Shown here piece after piece: positions 23,970 through 34,174 of a stretch of 64,000 nt of DNA. This DNA comes from an uncultured candidate division Zixibacteria bacterium. GTDB taxonomy: Bacteria; Zixibacteria; MSB-5A5; UBA10806. How positions within the stretch are numbered: the first letter of the stretch is position 1; each line of letters begins with the position of its first letter. The stretch is from the NCBI GenBank assembly GCA_963801605.1, contig CAWDFP010000006.1:736001-800000 (forward strand). The letters run 5' to 3'. A model generated the notes under the pieces. That model saw only the letters and a program-made list of their open reading frames with translations. It was not told the DNA's origin and searched no databases. The position numbers and the translations under genes are program-made.

Positions 23970-25157
23970 TTATCCTTTTTCGAGAACCAGAATAGGAGCT
24001 TCGGCTGGTACTCCCAATCTGAACGGAAGCCAATGCCCCATTCCGGCGGACGTATAAAGAGTGGTATTCCCGCGTCTATATGTGCCCCAGAAATATTTTT
24101 CGGGGAATATCGGTTCAAAAATGGATCTTCCGCCATAACCTACCTGGCCGCCGTGCGTATGGCCAGAGAGCACTAAATCGATACCCTTCAGAGTCGAGTA
24201 ATTAAACCCCTCCGGCCGATGACACATTAAAAGTTGAAAGGAATCGGGCGAGGCACTATTCATGGTACGTTCGATTGTATTTTGCAGAAATTGGCTATAA
24301 TCACGACGTAAATACCGGGGATCGTCAGCGCCACCAAGAATAATTTTGGTACCGGCGATACTAAGATTGATATGCTGATTTATTAAAATCGGAAAAGGAG
24401 CAGTTTTAAAGATCCGTAAAACTTCCATAATTCCGCGATAATACTCGTGATTCCCTACGCAGGCATAGGTGCCATAAATCGGGGCCAGACTATTGATGAT
24501 CTTTAGGGCATCCGGTAGAATGTCGAGATCATCTGAAATGTCGCCAGTCACCAGAACCAAATCCGGTCGGTGGGGTTCCAGTTTCTCTACGGCCTTTTCG
24601 AGATCGTCTAAGTGTACATAGTAGCCCAGATGAAGATCCGAAAGATGAGCGATCTTAAAACCCTCCAATGCCGGAGGCAGCGACGCAATCGGTATTTTTC
24701 TGATGGGGATTCCGATCGGTGCGTATGAATCGACCACCCCGGCCATGCCGGATGGTATCGCCGTTGCGGGAAAAACCGCCGCGGCGAGTTTTACAAATCG
24801 TCGTCGGCTTTTGGAGAAAGGCTGATCCGTTTTACGGCGTTTGGCATAGTCAATAATCCGAACAGCGGAATGCATTATCCCTGAAAGCGGCAGCGAGATC
24901 AAAAGAGAGATTTCCAGAACAAACAAGGCTGGTGTGATGGTTGCCCCGAGTTGAGTGAGCGACGGTAAGCTTTTCAAATGACCCCAGGCCCAAAATATCG
25001 TCGAGGCTACTGCTAAAAGCGGCACCACAATGGCAGGAATGCGAACCAGTTTTAGTTTCCACCAGGAGGGGTGTAATACCCAAAGAAGCAATATATTGAT
25101 AAGTCCTATGGCTGCAATAAAGGCTGAGGCGGCAACAACAAGATTTATTAAACCCAT
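23970..25157 (-). CDS. Membrane-anchored metallophosphoesterase (YkuE/YaeI-like)
   Basis: DLH, GD, GNHE, GHTHGGQ; N-terminal TM segments and an SRRRFVK motif. Confidence 0.9.
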   Translation of the reverse strand: MGLINLVVAASAFIAAIGLINILLLWVLHPSWWKLKLVRIPAIVVPLLAVASTIFWAWGHLKSLPSLTQLGATITPALFVLEISLLISLPLSGIMHSAVRIIDYAKRRKTDQPFSKSRRRFVKLAAAVFPATAIPSGMAGVVDSYAPIGIPIRKIPIASLPPALEGFKIAHLSDLHLGYYVHLDDLEKAVEKLEPHRPDLVLVTGDISDDLDILPDALKIINSLAPIYGTYACVGNHEYYRGIMEVLRIFKTAPFPILINQHINLSIAGTKIILGGADDPRYLRRDYSQFLQNTIERTMNSASPDSFQLLMCHRPEGFNYSTLKGIDLVLSGHTHGGQVGYGGRSIFEPIFPEKYFWGTYRRGNTTLYTSAGMGHWLPFRLGVPAEAPILVLEKG

Positions 25158-25396
25158 TAAGCTAAACCTGAATGTTATTCATTATCAAACACGCCGACAA
25201 TCATCATAAAAATTCCAACGACTATGGCAGATAGTATGTTCCAGATGCCATTTTGTCGTAACCAGTATCAATTATATTCGTATCCATCTTAAAGGAAAGG
25301 TTTTTATTTGGAATTATCGAATTTTTTACATAAATTTCCCAAAATTGATGAAAAATATGATCAAGATTATCGTCAGAATAAGAAAAGGATTAAAAA

Positions 25397-26915
25397 ATGG
25401 CTGAAAAAAATGATAAACTTCTTGAAGGGTTATACAAAGACATTCGTGAAATCTCGATTCTCAGATCTTGCGAGGCCCTTTTAGATTGGGATGAGAGAAC
25501 TTATATGCCGCGCAACGGCTCGGAGCATCGCGGTAATCAAATGGCCCTCCTGTCCGGCATCGCTCACGAAAAATTCGTATCTCCCAGAATCGGGGATTTA
25601 CTCGATAATCTGCTTAGCAACGGATCGTTATCCAAAAAACGACAATCCTGATGCTGCTAACGTTCGCGAAATTAAGCGAGTCTACGATAAAGCGGTAAAA
25701 CTTCCCAAATCGCTCGTGGAGGAGTTGAGCCGCACCATCATTATGTCCCAGGGGGTATGGCAGGAGGCTAGAGCCAAATCGGATTTCGCAATGTTTAGGC
25801 CCTGGATGGAAAAGGTCGTTAATCTTAAACGGCAACAAGCCGAGGCTATCGGCTATAGCACCGTGCCATACGATGCCGCGCTTGACGATTTTGAACCCGG
25901 AGCGTCAACAGCAAAGATTACGGAGGTATTCGCCGGGCTTCGAGATGAATTGGTATCGCTGATCGCTCGAATTAAGGCCAGTGGCAAAAAACCCGACATT
26001 TCGATAATTACCCGTCAATATCCCGTTGATATTCAAGAAAAGGCTGGTCTCGAAGCAGCCAAAACCATAGGATTTGATTTCATGTCGGGCCGTCTCGATA
26101 TAACGACCCATCCATTCTGTACCGGTATAGGGCCATCAGATATCCGAATCACGACCCGTTATAATCCCAATCATTTTCCGCAAGCTTTCTTCGGTATTTT
26201 GCATGAGGCTGGACACGCTCTTTATGAGCAGGGACTTCCCAAAAATCAATATGGATTGCCTTGCGGGGAGGCAGCATCATTGGGAATCCATGAATCGCAA
26301 TCGCGTATGTGGGAAAACCTGGTCGGACGAAGCTATCCTTTCTGGAAATATTTTTATCCCAGGATTCAAAAAGCTTTTCCTGGCGCCTTAAACGGAACGT
26401 CGCTTGACCAATTTCATTTCGCGGTAAACGATGTTAGGCCGTCGTTTATCAGAGTTGAGGCTGACGAGGCGACATATAATCTTCATATTCTTCTGCGTTT
26501 TGAAATCGAAAGCGCCTTTTTCAACGGCGATCTTAAAATTGCTGATGTGCCTGCTGTTTGGAATGAAAAGTTTAAAAAGTATTTTGGGATCGTTCCAACA
26601 AATGACGCCGATGGGTGTTTGCAGGATGTCCACTGGGCGGCCGGGTTAATCGGTTATTTCCCAACATATACTTTGGGAAATCTTTATTCGGCGCAGTTTT
26701 TCGCGAAAGCAAAATCCGATCTTGTTAATCTCGATGACGCTTTTGGCAAAGGTGATTTTAGCAATTTATTGGGCTGGCTTAGGAAAAATATCCATGCTCA
26801 TGGGCAACGATATCGCGCGGAGGAACTCGTTGAACGAGTTACGGGCAAGCCACTTTTACATCAACCACTAATTGAGTATCTCAATGGAAAATATGGCCAG
26901 CTATATGGCCTTTAG
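25397..26915 (+). CDS. Carboxypeptidase family M32 (Taq-type), frameshift near 25640
   Basis: LLDWD...TYMP, HPFC, HEAGH, HESQSR, IRVEADE, GCLQDVHW, GYFPTYTLG. Confidence 0.93.
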
Positions 26916-26939
26916 AAACTATTGAGAAATCTTTGGGTG

Positions 26940-26970
26940 AAAGGCGACAAACCAGGCAGTCGCCTTTTTT
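26940..26970 (+). terminator. Intrinsic terminator after the M32 gene
   Basis: AAAGGCGAC...GTCGCCTTT followed by a T run. Confidence 0.75.
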
Positions 26971-26987
26971 ATTGGGGGCTGTTTCCC

Positions 26988-27211
26988 GGCCCGCGGGTTC
27001 CGCCTTTCGGTCCTTTAGACCGAAAGAAAGAAATCCGATCAGGGGCGCTAGGATGCGAAATCCGGGATTCCAGCGGCAAATAGCCCTCAAATAAATGCGT
27101 CAGTTCCAGTCAGATAAAATCGGAAGCTGAACTGACGCATCCTAAAGCGGAGCAGGCCCTCTGATCGGATTTCGTGCCCCGACTTTGTCGGGGCCGCGGA
27201 ACCCGCGGGCC
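26988..27211. repeat. Nested inverted-repeat element (REP/MITE-like or structured RNA)
   Basis: Perfect 16-bp IR GGCCCGCGGGTTCCGC (26988-27003 / 27196-27211), 13-bp IR GAAATCCGATCAG (27030-27042 / 27161-27173), plus internal hairpins. Confidence 0.75.
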
Positions 27212-27254
27212 ATGAGTTTGATTGTAATAACCCGGAATACGAGTAACTTTAAGA

Positions 27255-28190
27255 CTATTGACGAACGAACGTCACTTGCACCGAACCATCAGCCGAAATC
27301 GGCCAGGTTTGGGGTTGCTGGTCGGGGACTCCCGAGACAGTGACAGTTCCCTCGTAATGCATGTCGAGTTTAGAGTTCAAAGGCAAACCCGTGGCCTCAT
27401 CGACTTCAATTGTACCATTCTGCTTGCCCTTTATATCGTAAGCCATGGTTAGAGATCCCATAGTGACCGTGCCCGTTGATGAATCAGAGCTGATAGTCGA
27501 GGCCACATCAATGACGGCCTTTCCGTCATTTCTGGATTTTAACGTATATTCGGAATTGATATGCATGGGAAGTCCGCCGGAGGCAATATCGAAATTTGAG
27601 TTCCAGCTATCGCCCGGTACGACAGGTTCAGAAGGGTAAAAAGATGTAATTTGCTCGAGTGATTGCTTCATGGCATCGGTGCCCCACTGTTTTCGAAGAT
27701 CAGCAATAACTTCTTCTTTTTGATCGGGATTGGGCATTGCCATCGCCTTGATCATCTTATCAAGCATGGCATCTACTCCTTTTATTTGAGCGACTTTGCC
27801 GTCGGTGGTCATGCGCACTGTCAAGACTGCCCCGGGCATCGATGCCAACCCTTTCATCGAGGGGTCAAGGTATTCGGGAGGATTATCGGAGTCGTATGAT
27901 GATGATTGCTCGTTGAATTTCTGAGTTACCTTTATGCGTTTGTAGGTCAGCTTGAGATTCATTTCGTTGGATTTCTCAAGACCGGTGACATCATATTTCC
28001 ACTCTTCAAGCATTTCCTGAGAAAGGCTTTGGTTTTGATTCTCAACCGATTGCACTCTGGTCTGGGTCATATCCATTGTGTAAATGTAGCTGGTTTGAGG
28101 TTGAAGATTAAGCCTCAAAACTAATTCGTCGTCGGCCTTGACACTGAACGGCCATAATAGAAGCATTATTATTGTAAGTTTAAGTTTCAT
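27255..28190 (-). CDS. Secreted beta-rich protein (DUF6263-like)
   Basis: Signal peptide; YDSD, P..PV.PGDSW, G.I.VD..TGLP pattern. Confidence 0.65.
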   Translation of the reverse strand: MKLKLTIIMLLLWPFSVKADDELVLRLNLQPQTSYIYTMDMTQTRVQSVENQNQSLSQEMLEEWKYDVTGLEKSNEMNLKLTYKRIKVTQKFNEQSSSYDSDNPPEYLDPSMKGLASMPGAVLTVRMTTDGKVAQIKGVDAMLDKMIKAMAMPNPDQKEEVIADLRKQWGTDAMKQSLEQITSFYPSEPVVPGDSWNSNFDIASGGLPMHINSEYTLKSRNDGKAVIDVASTISSDSSTGTVTMGSLTMAYDIKGKQNGTIEVDEATGLPLNSKLDMHYEGTVTVSGVPDQQPQTWPISADGSVQVTFVRQ

Positions 28191-28472
28191 TTTTCCTCTC
28201 TATTAGAAAATCGCACCTTTTGGGCTCAGCTAATTTTTTGATAACTTAATATTCTATTTTAATATATTTGCCTTACAAACCACTGTCAATAGAACAAAGA
28301 TAGCTTATTAGCGTACGGTCGTGTGAAAACACCACGGGGCGTGGCGCCAATACGTGCAAAAACAACACGCAGCCGTATTCAATGTATCGCTAACTGCATA
28401 TATGTCAGCCTATTAGTTGTCGGGCATATTGGCATCTTCTTTGCTTTAATATATATCGAAGGAGAATATGAT

Positions 28473-30167
28473 ATGAAAAGAGAGATATTTTTTGGATTAC
28501 TTTGGGGATTAGCGTTAGGGCTTCTTGTTCTGCTTGTTTCAAGCGCCAAATCCGCTGAACCCGTTGGAAACGATGGTAGTACCATTGATATTTCCATTTC
28601 AGGCGATTCCGTTAAAGTGGAACTCGATAAAGACGGGATAGTCAGATCGGTCATCGTGTTGGGCGATTCTCTTAACAGGAACGATGCTGTCATCAAAGTC
28701 GATAATAATCTTCTGATAAAGGATGGCAAGATATTTATCGATAGTGTTGAATTGGGTGAACAGGATCTTCAAAGATTATCGGTTAGCGAGGAAACAGGAT
28801 GGGAATGGCAGCCGCGCGGTCATAGGCATGCTCAAATCAAGCGCAAAAGATTGGCCACCATTTATGCGGGCACGGGCGATTTGGTCCGGTTTGGCGATGT
28901 CTTAGTCGATAGCGCCACCAGTGTTAAGGGCGACGTTGCAAGTATTGGAGGTAATGTCACCATATACGGCGAAGTCAGCGGCGATATTGTCTCTGTTTTC
29001 GGTAACGTCTATCTCAGGAACGGCGCCATTATCCGCGGCGATGTTGCGGCGCCATTGGGTCATATTGAACGTGAGCCCAACGTTACTCTTCGCGGCGAAA
29101 TGGAAGTCCATAAAGAGGCAAAAAAGAATGAGTTGAGCATGGCACTGTCAGCCAGGTTTAATCGCGTCGAGGGTTTTACTTTGCTTCCGAGTATCAAATA
29201 CGAAGACATTAAAGGCAGATTGCCCAAGCTTTCAATTGGCACTGCCTATGCTTTTACTCTCAAACGTTGGGAGTATGATTTTGGTGTTTGGCATCGTTTT
29301 GGAAAAGAAATAATGCCATATTTTGATATCCACTTGTTTCAGTTAGCCGAATCATCTGATAAATGGATGTTGACTGAGACCGAAAATACAATCGCCGGTC
29401 TTTTTTCGAAAGAAGATTTCTGGGATTTTTATTGGGAAAGAGGATTTAGGGGCGAAGCAGGATTGTACATTACAGACGATTGGCAGGCCGGTGCAACCTA
29501 TGATGCCTCCCGTATCTCAAACCTCGAAAGAACCGCCCGCAAAGCGATATTTGGGGGCAAGAAAAAATTGCGCGAAAATTGGTCAACAATTCTTCCCGAT
29601 TCAAACGATATCCTGGCCATACCTGGCGATCTGAAGGAAGCCGGCCTGAAATTAGGATATGATACTCGTCACGACCAGGCCAAGCCTGCTAAAGCTGGAG
29701 CAACGGCGCTATTGGAATGGGAAAAGACAGTCGGCAATAGCGAGTTTGATTACCAGTTGACAACAATCGATGCTAAAACCTTTATGCCGATTGCTTCCAA
29801 TCAGTTGTTAATTTTGCGCGCCAAAGGCGGTTATTCAGATGATAAGCTCCCCCTATTTAGAAGATTCTTTTTGGGCGGTATCGGATCTCTACGCGGATAT
29901 GATTATAAGGAATTCCAGGGCAATCGATTTGCTTTTCTTAGCGCGGATTATGTCTGGAGATTTTTCAGCAGCGATTTTGGCGCCGGAGTGTTTCTTGATT
30001 CCGGCAAGGCTGCCTCCAGCGGCCGTGATTTTAGGTCCGGCCAGCTCAAAACCGATGTTGGAATCAGTTTCTTGATAGAGGATGCTTTCCGCATAGATTT
30101 GGCACAGAGGCTTGACGACCTCGATCGTCATCCAGTGGTTTCGGCTCGGCTTGATTTGCCTCTATAG
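28473..30167 (+). CDS. Omp85/BamA-TamA-type outer-membrane protein with an N-terminal polymer-forming beta-helix
   Basis: GAAGGAG RBS; GDV..GG.V.I.GEV.GD.V..FG repeats; RFNRVEG; FFLGGIGSLRGY loop motif. Confidence 0.7.
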   Translation: MKREIFFGLLWGLALGLLVLLVSSAKSAEPVGNDGSTIDISISGDSVKVELDKDGIVRSVIVLGDSLNRNDAVIKVDNNLLIKDGKIFIDSVELGEQDLQRLSVSEETGWEWQPRGHRHAQIKRKRLATIYAGTGDLVRFGDVLVDSATSVKGDVASIGGNVTIYGEVSGDIVSVFGNVYLRNGAIIRGDVAAPLGHIEREPNVTLRGEMEVHKEAKKNELSMALSARFNRVEGFTLLPSIKYEDIKGRLPKLSIGTAYAFTLKRWEYDFGVWHRFGKEIMPYFDIHLFQLAESSDKWMLTETENTIAGLFSKEDFWDFYWERGFRGEAGLYITDDWQAGATYDASRISNLERTARKAIFGGKKKLRENWSTILPDSNDILAIPGDLKEAGLKLGYDTRHDQAKPAKAGATALLEWEKTVGNSEFDYQLTTIDAKTFMPIASNQLLILRAKGGYSDDKLPLFRRFFLGGIGSLRGYDYKEFQGNRFAFLSADYVWRFFSSDFGAGVFLDSGKAASSGRDFRSGQLKTDVGISFLIEDAFRIDLAQRLDDLDRHPVVSARLDLPL

Positions 30168-30191
30168 ATAATAGGGGAATTCCTTGCATTA

Positions 30192-30920
30192 GTGCCCGGG
30201 AGAGATTATAAATTCCGTGTGAATAATGAAATCGGAAGAATGATGGGGCAATCGGGTCGGCGGTATTTAATTTTCGGAGCGCTTTTTTTCACTTTTATAA
30301 TATCGTCAAAATCTAAAGCGGTCGAACCGGCCTTCAGCAATCTTAAATATGGTAATGGCGCAATTCAATGCGGCCTAAAACTTACCGATTCTCTTCCGAG
30401 CGAGCTTATCGGATATATTAACAAAGGCGTACCGATACTCTTCATCTACCGTTTGGAGCTTTGGCGCGAGAGATCCGGATGGTTCGATAAGCTTCTTGGC
30501 GCCGCCGAAACAAATTTCAAGGTTCGATTCGATTCCTGGGAGAAACGCTACTCCGTGGTACAAAGCACTGAGGATTTAATTATCGAAAACTCATTGGGAA
30601 GCGAACGTGAGACGATCGAACTTTTAAGCTCCATCGAACCTGATTCTTTTGAAGTTGATGACACCTCCGGCGTGTTCTATCTTGTCGGACGGCTTACTAT
30701 TAAAACCATGAGTTTCTCCAACTACAAGGAAGTGGAATCATGGCTTAAGGGAGGAATTTCATCGGCCAAAAAACCTGAGCTGGAGAATGCTCCCGACAAG
30801 CTCGGCGAGTTTGTTTTTAATATGGCCCTCAGAGTAACGGGATTAAAGGATATATCGAGGGAAGTCCGAAGCGAAAGCTTTACTATCGATCATTTACCTC
30901 GATTAGATGATCGTAAATAA
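30192..30920 (+). CDS. Exported protein, DUF4390-like
   Basis: Hydrophobic N-terminal segment; GVP..F.Y.LEL.RER..WFD, FD.WEKRY. Confidence 0.6.
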   Translation: MPGRDYKFRVNNEIGRMMGQSGRRYLIFGALFFTFIISSKSKAVEPAFSNLKYGNGAIQCGLKLTDSLPSELIGYINKGVPILFIYRLELWRERSGWFDKLLGAAETNFKVRFDSWEKRYSVVQSTEDLIIENSLGSERETIELLSSIEPDSFEVDDTSGVFYLVGRLTIKTMSFSNYKEVESWLKGGISSAKKPELENAPDKLGEFVFNMALRVTGLKDISREVRSESFTIDHLPRLDDRK

Positions 30921-31026
30921 AATTTCCCAACTCTTATTTAATCGCATATTTATTCGTCAGACATTTTTGATAAAACAGCCGAAATAACTTTGCGGGCGAT
31001 ATCAGGCTTTATATATTTGAATCGAT

Positions 31027-31872
31027 ATGAAATTTTGGCCCATATTTATCCCGCAAATCGATTCTTTGCAGTTTCTGGCTGGTTTGGCGTTATCTATTGC
31101 CATAGCGCTCATATCTTACAAGTTTAAAGCGGTTTCGCGCTCTGGCGCCTGGGGCATGATAATTATCGGAACGATTATATTTGGATTAGGCGGCATTGCT
31201 TTCGCGATCCCCCTTTTATTTTTCTTTATCTCATCAAGCATCTTAAGCGCCATAAAAACTTACGAAAAGGAAAAAGCTTTAAACGCTGTCCATAAAACCG
31301 GACCGCGAGATATCTGGCAAGTTTTTGCCAATGGCGGAATAGGGGCTGTAGCTGTCATTATGTTTTTCATTACCGGAAAAACCATTTGGTTCTTTCCATA
31401 TCTGGCCAGTCTCTGCGAGGCCACATCCGACACCTGGGCTACCGAAATCGGGACACTATATCGGCGCTCTCCAATATCAATTATTACTTTTAAAAAAGTT
31501 AATCCCGGGCAGTCTGGCGGGATAACGCTGTTGGGCACTATAGGCGCTGTCGGAGGTTCCCTCATTTTGGTGCTTGTAGCCTGGTGGGGAAGAAGTTTTT
31601 TGCATGGGCTTTCTATGTTCGATTCCAATATCTGGATTATGGCGGCCAATACCGGCCTGGTTGGTTCAATATTGGATTCAATTTTAGGTGGCTCAATTCA
31701 AGCGCAGTATAAATGTCCTCATTGTGGCAGGCTTGTGGAACGGGAATTTCATTGCGGTTATGCTACAACCCTTATCCGAGGACTGGCTTTTATGAGCAAT
31801 GATTTGGTTAATTTTATCTGCACAGCATTTGCTGGCAGCTTTGCGGCCATTATCATTGTTTTCGGAATCTAA
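31027..31872 (+). CDS. DUF92/TMEM19-family membrane protein
   Basis: RD.WQVFANGG, SDTWATEIG, PGQSGGIT..GT, DSILG..IQ, ND.VN. Confidence 0.88.
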   Translation: MKFWPIFIPQIDSLQFLAGLALSIAIALISYKFKAVSRSGAWGMIIIGTIIFGLGGIAFAIPLLFFFISSSILSAIKTYEKEKALNAVHKTGPRDIWQVFANGGIGAVAVIMFFITGKTIWFFPYLASLCEATSDTWATEIGTLYRRSPISIITFKKVNPGQSGGITLLGTIGAVGGSLILVLVAWWGRSFLHGLSMFDSNIWIMAANTGLVGSILDSILGGSIQAQYKCPHCGRLVEREFHCGYATTLIRGLAFMSNDLVNFICTAFAGSFAAIIIVFGI

Positions 31873-31923
31873 TGATTACGCTGTTTATACTAATTGTTCA
31901 GCTAAAAGAATTGAAACGCCAAT

Positions 31924-31967
31924 AAAAAAAGCGCCAGGAGTAGTCCTTCCGTACTCAATCCCGGCGC
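31924..31967 (-). terminator. Intrinsic terminator downstream of the GlpX-like gene
   Basis: GCGCCGGGA...CCTGGCGC then T7 on the minus strand. Confidence 0.6.
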
Positions 31968-31989
31968 AGTATTTATTTTCAAAATAAAT

Positions 31990-33669
31990 CTACTTATCCG
32001 AGTTTGTAAACCACTCCCTTGCCAGGCGGGCAGTAATATTGATAATTTCCCGGTCGCATTCATTTAAGGCGCCGCGCTCAATCAACGAATCGACCGCATT
32101 ATGCAATAGCACCATCTTGTTTTGAACCGGGATCAGGGCCGGATAATACTCGTTATTAAAGAAAATCCTGAACCTCTTGCGCAGGAATTCATCATCAAGC
32201 ATCCCGCCGATAGCTTTTTCCAATTGGGGGCCGGTTAGTTTCTCAAGATCGCCCTTTGGCGATGCCATTAGCTTTTGGGTATACTCCAGATTTTTACGGC
32301 ACTTGAAAGACATCAACCAGCATTCCACCATTCCCAGCGAATTTACCACCAGGACATTTACCTCAACCTGGCCTTTTTCCAAATTTGCCACTACGCCTTT
32401 CATAAACGGCAGGTAATAATTATCGGTTATGGCTCCGAAGGCGCTAATCCCGGCGGCAAACGGATCATCCAAAATATCCCAGATTGTGAAATACGGTTTG
32501 CGCTCGAATCGAGCGTCCTGAATAGACATTATTTCTTCTTCAGTAAAATTAAAACGCGATTTCCATTTGTCCTCGGGGCTTAAATCTTTCCGGGAAAGCG
32601 CGGATTGGCTGGTAAGCATCCCAATAGCTTGTCCGCCCCGCCAGGCAAGAGGCAGAACACCAACGGCCCATTCAGCCGAGCCGCCAATTTCGCCAATCAT
32701 CGAGGTTAAGCCGCGATCATCCGGGAAACGGAGTTCATCCATACCAATAATAACGGCTGGCATCAGATCGCCATCCTTATCGAAGGGGGTCGAAATACCG
32801 GCGCCATTTAGGATATCCATGGCCGGGTAATGCCGAGAACGATCCAGAAAGAAGGCGCTTAGCTTTTCGACTTTTGAATATCCGTAAGAATCCGCGATGA
32901 CTTTGGCGGCGTCAAGAAGATCGACATCGCGAGGATTAAATTTTTGGAAATATTTGCCAGACATCCAGCGCTGCACATATATATCGGGAAGGTGACGCTT
33001 GAGGTTGGATTCGGTGATGAACAACGCCGTCAGGCTTGAATGCAGGCCTTTAATGGATTTACCTGTACCATCGATTACGTCATTTCCCATCGAAAGCAGG
33101 GTTACATTTTTCGGCATATCCAAGCCGTAAATATCGCAATGTTTTTCTTTTCCAAATAGCGCCCCTACCGCGATTGTAGGGTTACCGCCGGCTTCTTTAC
33201 CTGGTTTGATTCGAACGCCTTCGGTTATTGTCGATTCAATTAGGACTTCTTCTCCCAAGGGCAGTGTCTCGGTTGTTACTTGCAGCACTTCAGACATCAC
33301 CTGGGCTGCCGTCCGGTCGTTATCTCGTTTGAGACGATCGGCCAGGCCATCGGATTGCTGATCTTTAGGGTACTTGTTTAAGGCACCCCGCCCATGCAGG
33401 CTAACCGATACTGCCGCCAGGGCCGCGGACAGAACAACCGATTGCCGCATCTTCCGATTACGAAGTACACCCAGATTTGACCTGTTATTAACCTTGTCGC
33501 TGATATTTATGATGCGGCAGGATCCCAGCGAGAGATCATAATTGGCTAATGCCCATTTATGGCGATGATTAAATTCGATAATGCGATCCTGGTCGAATAC
33601 CAGTTCTTCGTGCTTCCCCTGGTAAGAAAGCCGTCTTTCCGCGATGTTCATTCGTAAATCGCTTTTCAT
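31990..33669 (-). CDS. Divergent, extended class II fructose-1,6-bisphosphatase (GlpX-like)
   Basis: GRG...D..A...M, ITEG, DVIDGT, PDIY, DRSRH, DGD, IGGSAE in GlpX order. Confidence 0.65.
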   Translation of the reverse strand: MKSDLRMNIAERRLSYQGKHEELVFDQDRIIEFNHRHKWALANYDLSLGSCRIINISDKVNNRSNLGVLRNRKMRQSVVLSAALAAVSVSLHGRGALNKYPKDQQSDGLADRLKRDNDRTAAQVMSEVLQVTTETLPLGEEVLIESTITEGVRIKPGKEAGGNPTIAVGALFGKEKHCDIYGLDMPKNVTLLSMGNDVIDGTGKSIKGLHSSLTALFITESNLKRHLPDIYVQRWMSGKYFQKFNPRDVDLLDAAKVIADSYGYSKVEKLSAFFLDRSRHYPAMDILNGAGISTPFDKDGDLMPAVIIGMDELRFPDDRGLTSMIGEIGGSAEWAVGVLPLAWRGGQAIGMLTSQSALSRKDLSPEDKWKSRFNFTEEEIMSIQDARFERKPYFTIWDILDDPFAAGISAFGAITDNYYLPFMKGVVANLEKGQVEVNVLVVNSLGMVECWLMSFKCRKNLEYTQKLMASPKGDLEKLTGPQLEKAIGGMLDDEFLRKRFRIFFNNEYYPALIPVQNKMVLLHNAVDSLIERGALNECDREIINITARLAREWFTNSDK

Positions 33670-34174
33670 GGTCTCACCTCAATTACAGCGGAATGATCTG
33701 TTCCGCAAGTTTGCTTTCCCCCCGCTTAAATCAAGCGAAATTTATGTTCCTCAAAATCTTAAACCAAATTTGCCGAAAATTCAACAATAATCATTTTACA
33801 TCCTGGGGATGAAAAATTTCCCATCCCCGGCAGGCAGCTTGGTTCAATATAAAATGAACGGGTTGAATCGTCCACTTCATTCTTGCCAAGAAGCCGTACT
33901 TCGTATAGGCACATATATCAATTGAATTTGTACCATGGCCTTATGTCAAATTAGAAAATTGGGGAGACACTGGCATGTTTTAAATTAAAAAAAGCCATCG
34001 TATCCCCCTCTAAACGACGGCCAAAAGGTGGGAGGGTTCCCGAGTCGAGAACGTCATTCCCCCTTGGGTCTCGAGTGCCAAATCCTCGGGAACGCCCACG
34101 AGGGTAATAAGGGATATTATAAGGATTGCGCAATACGACAACTTATAGCTATTTTTACGTATATCAACGTGCCG

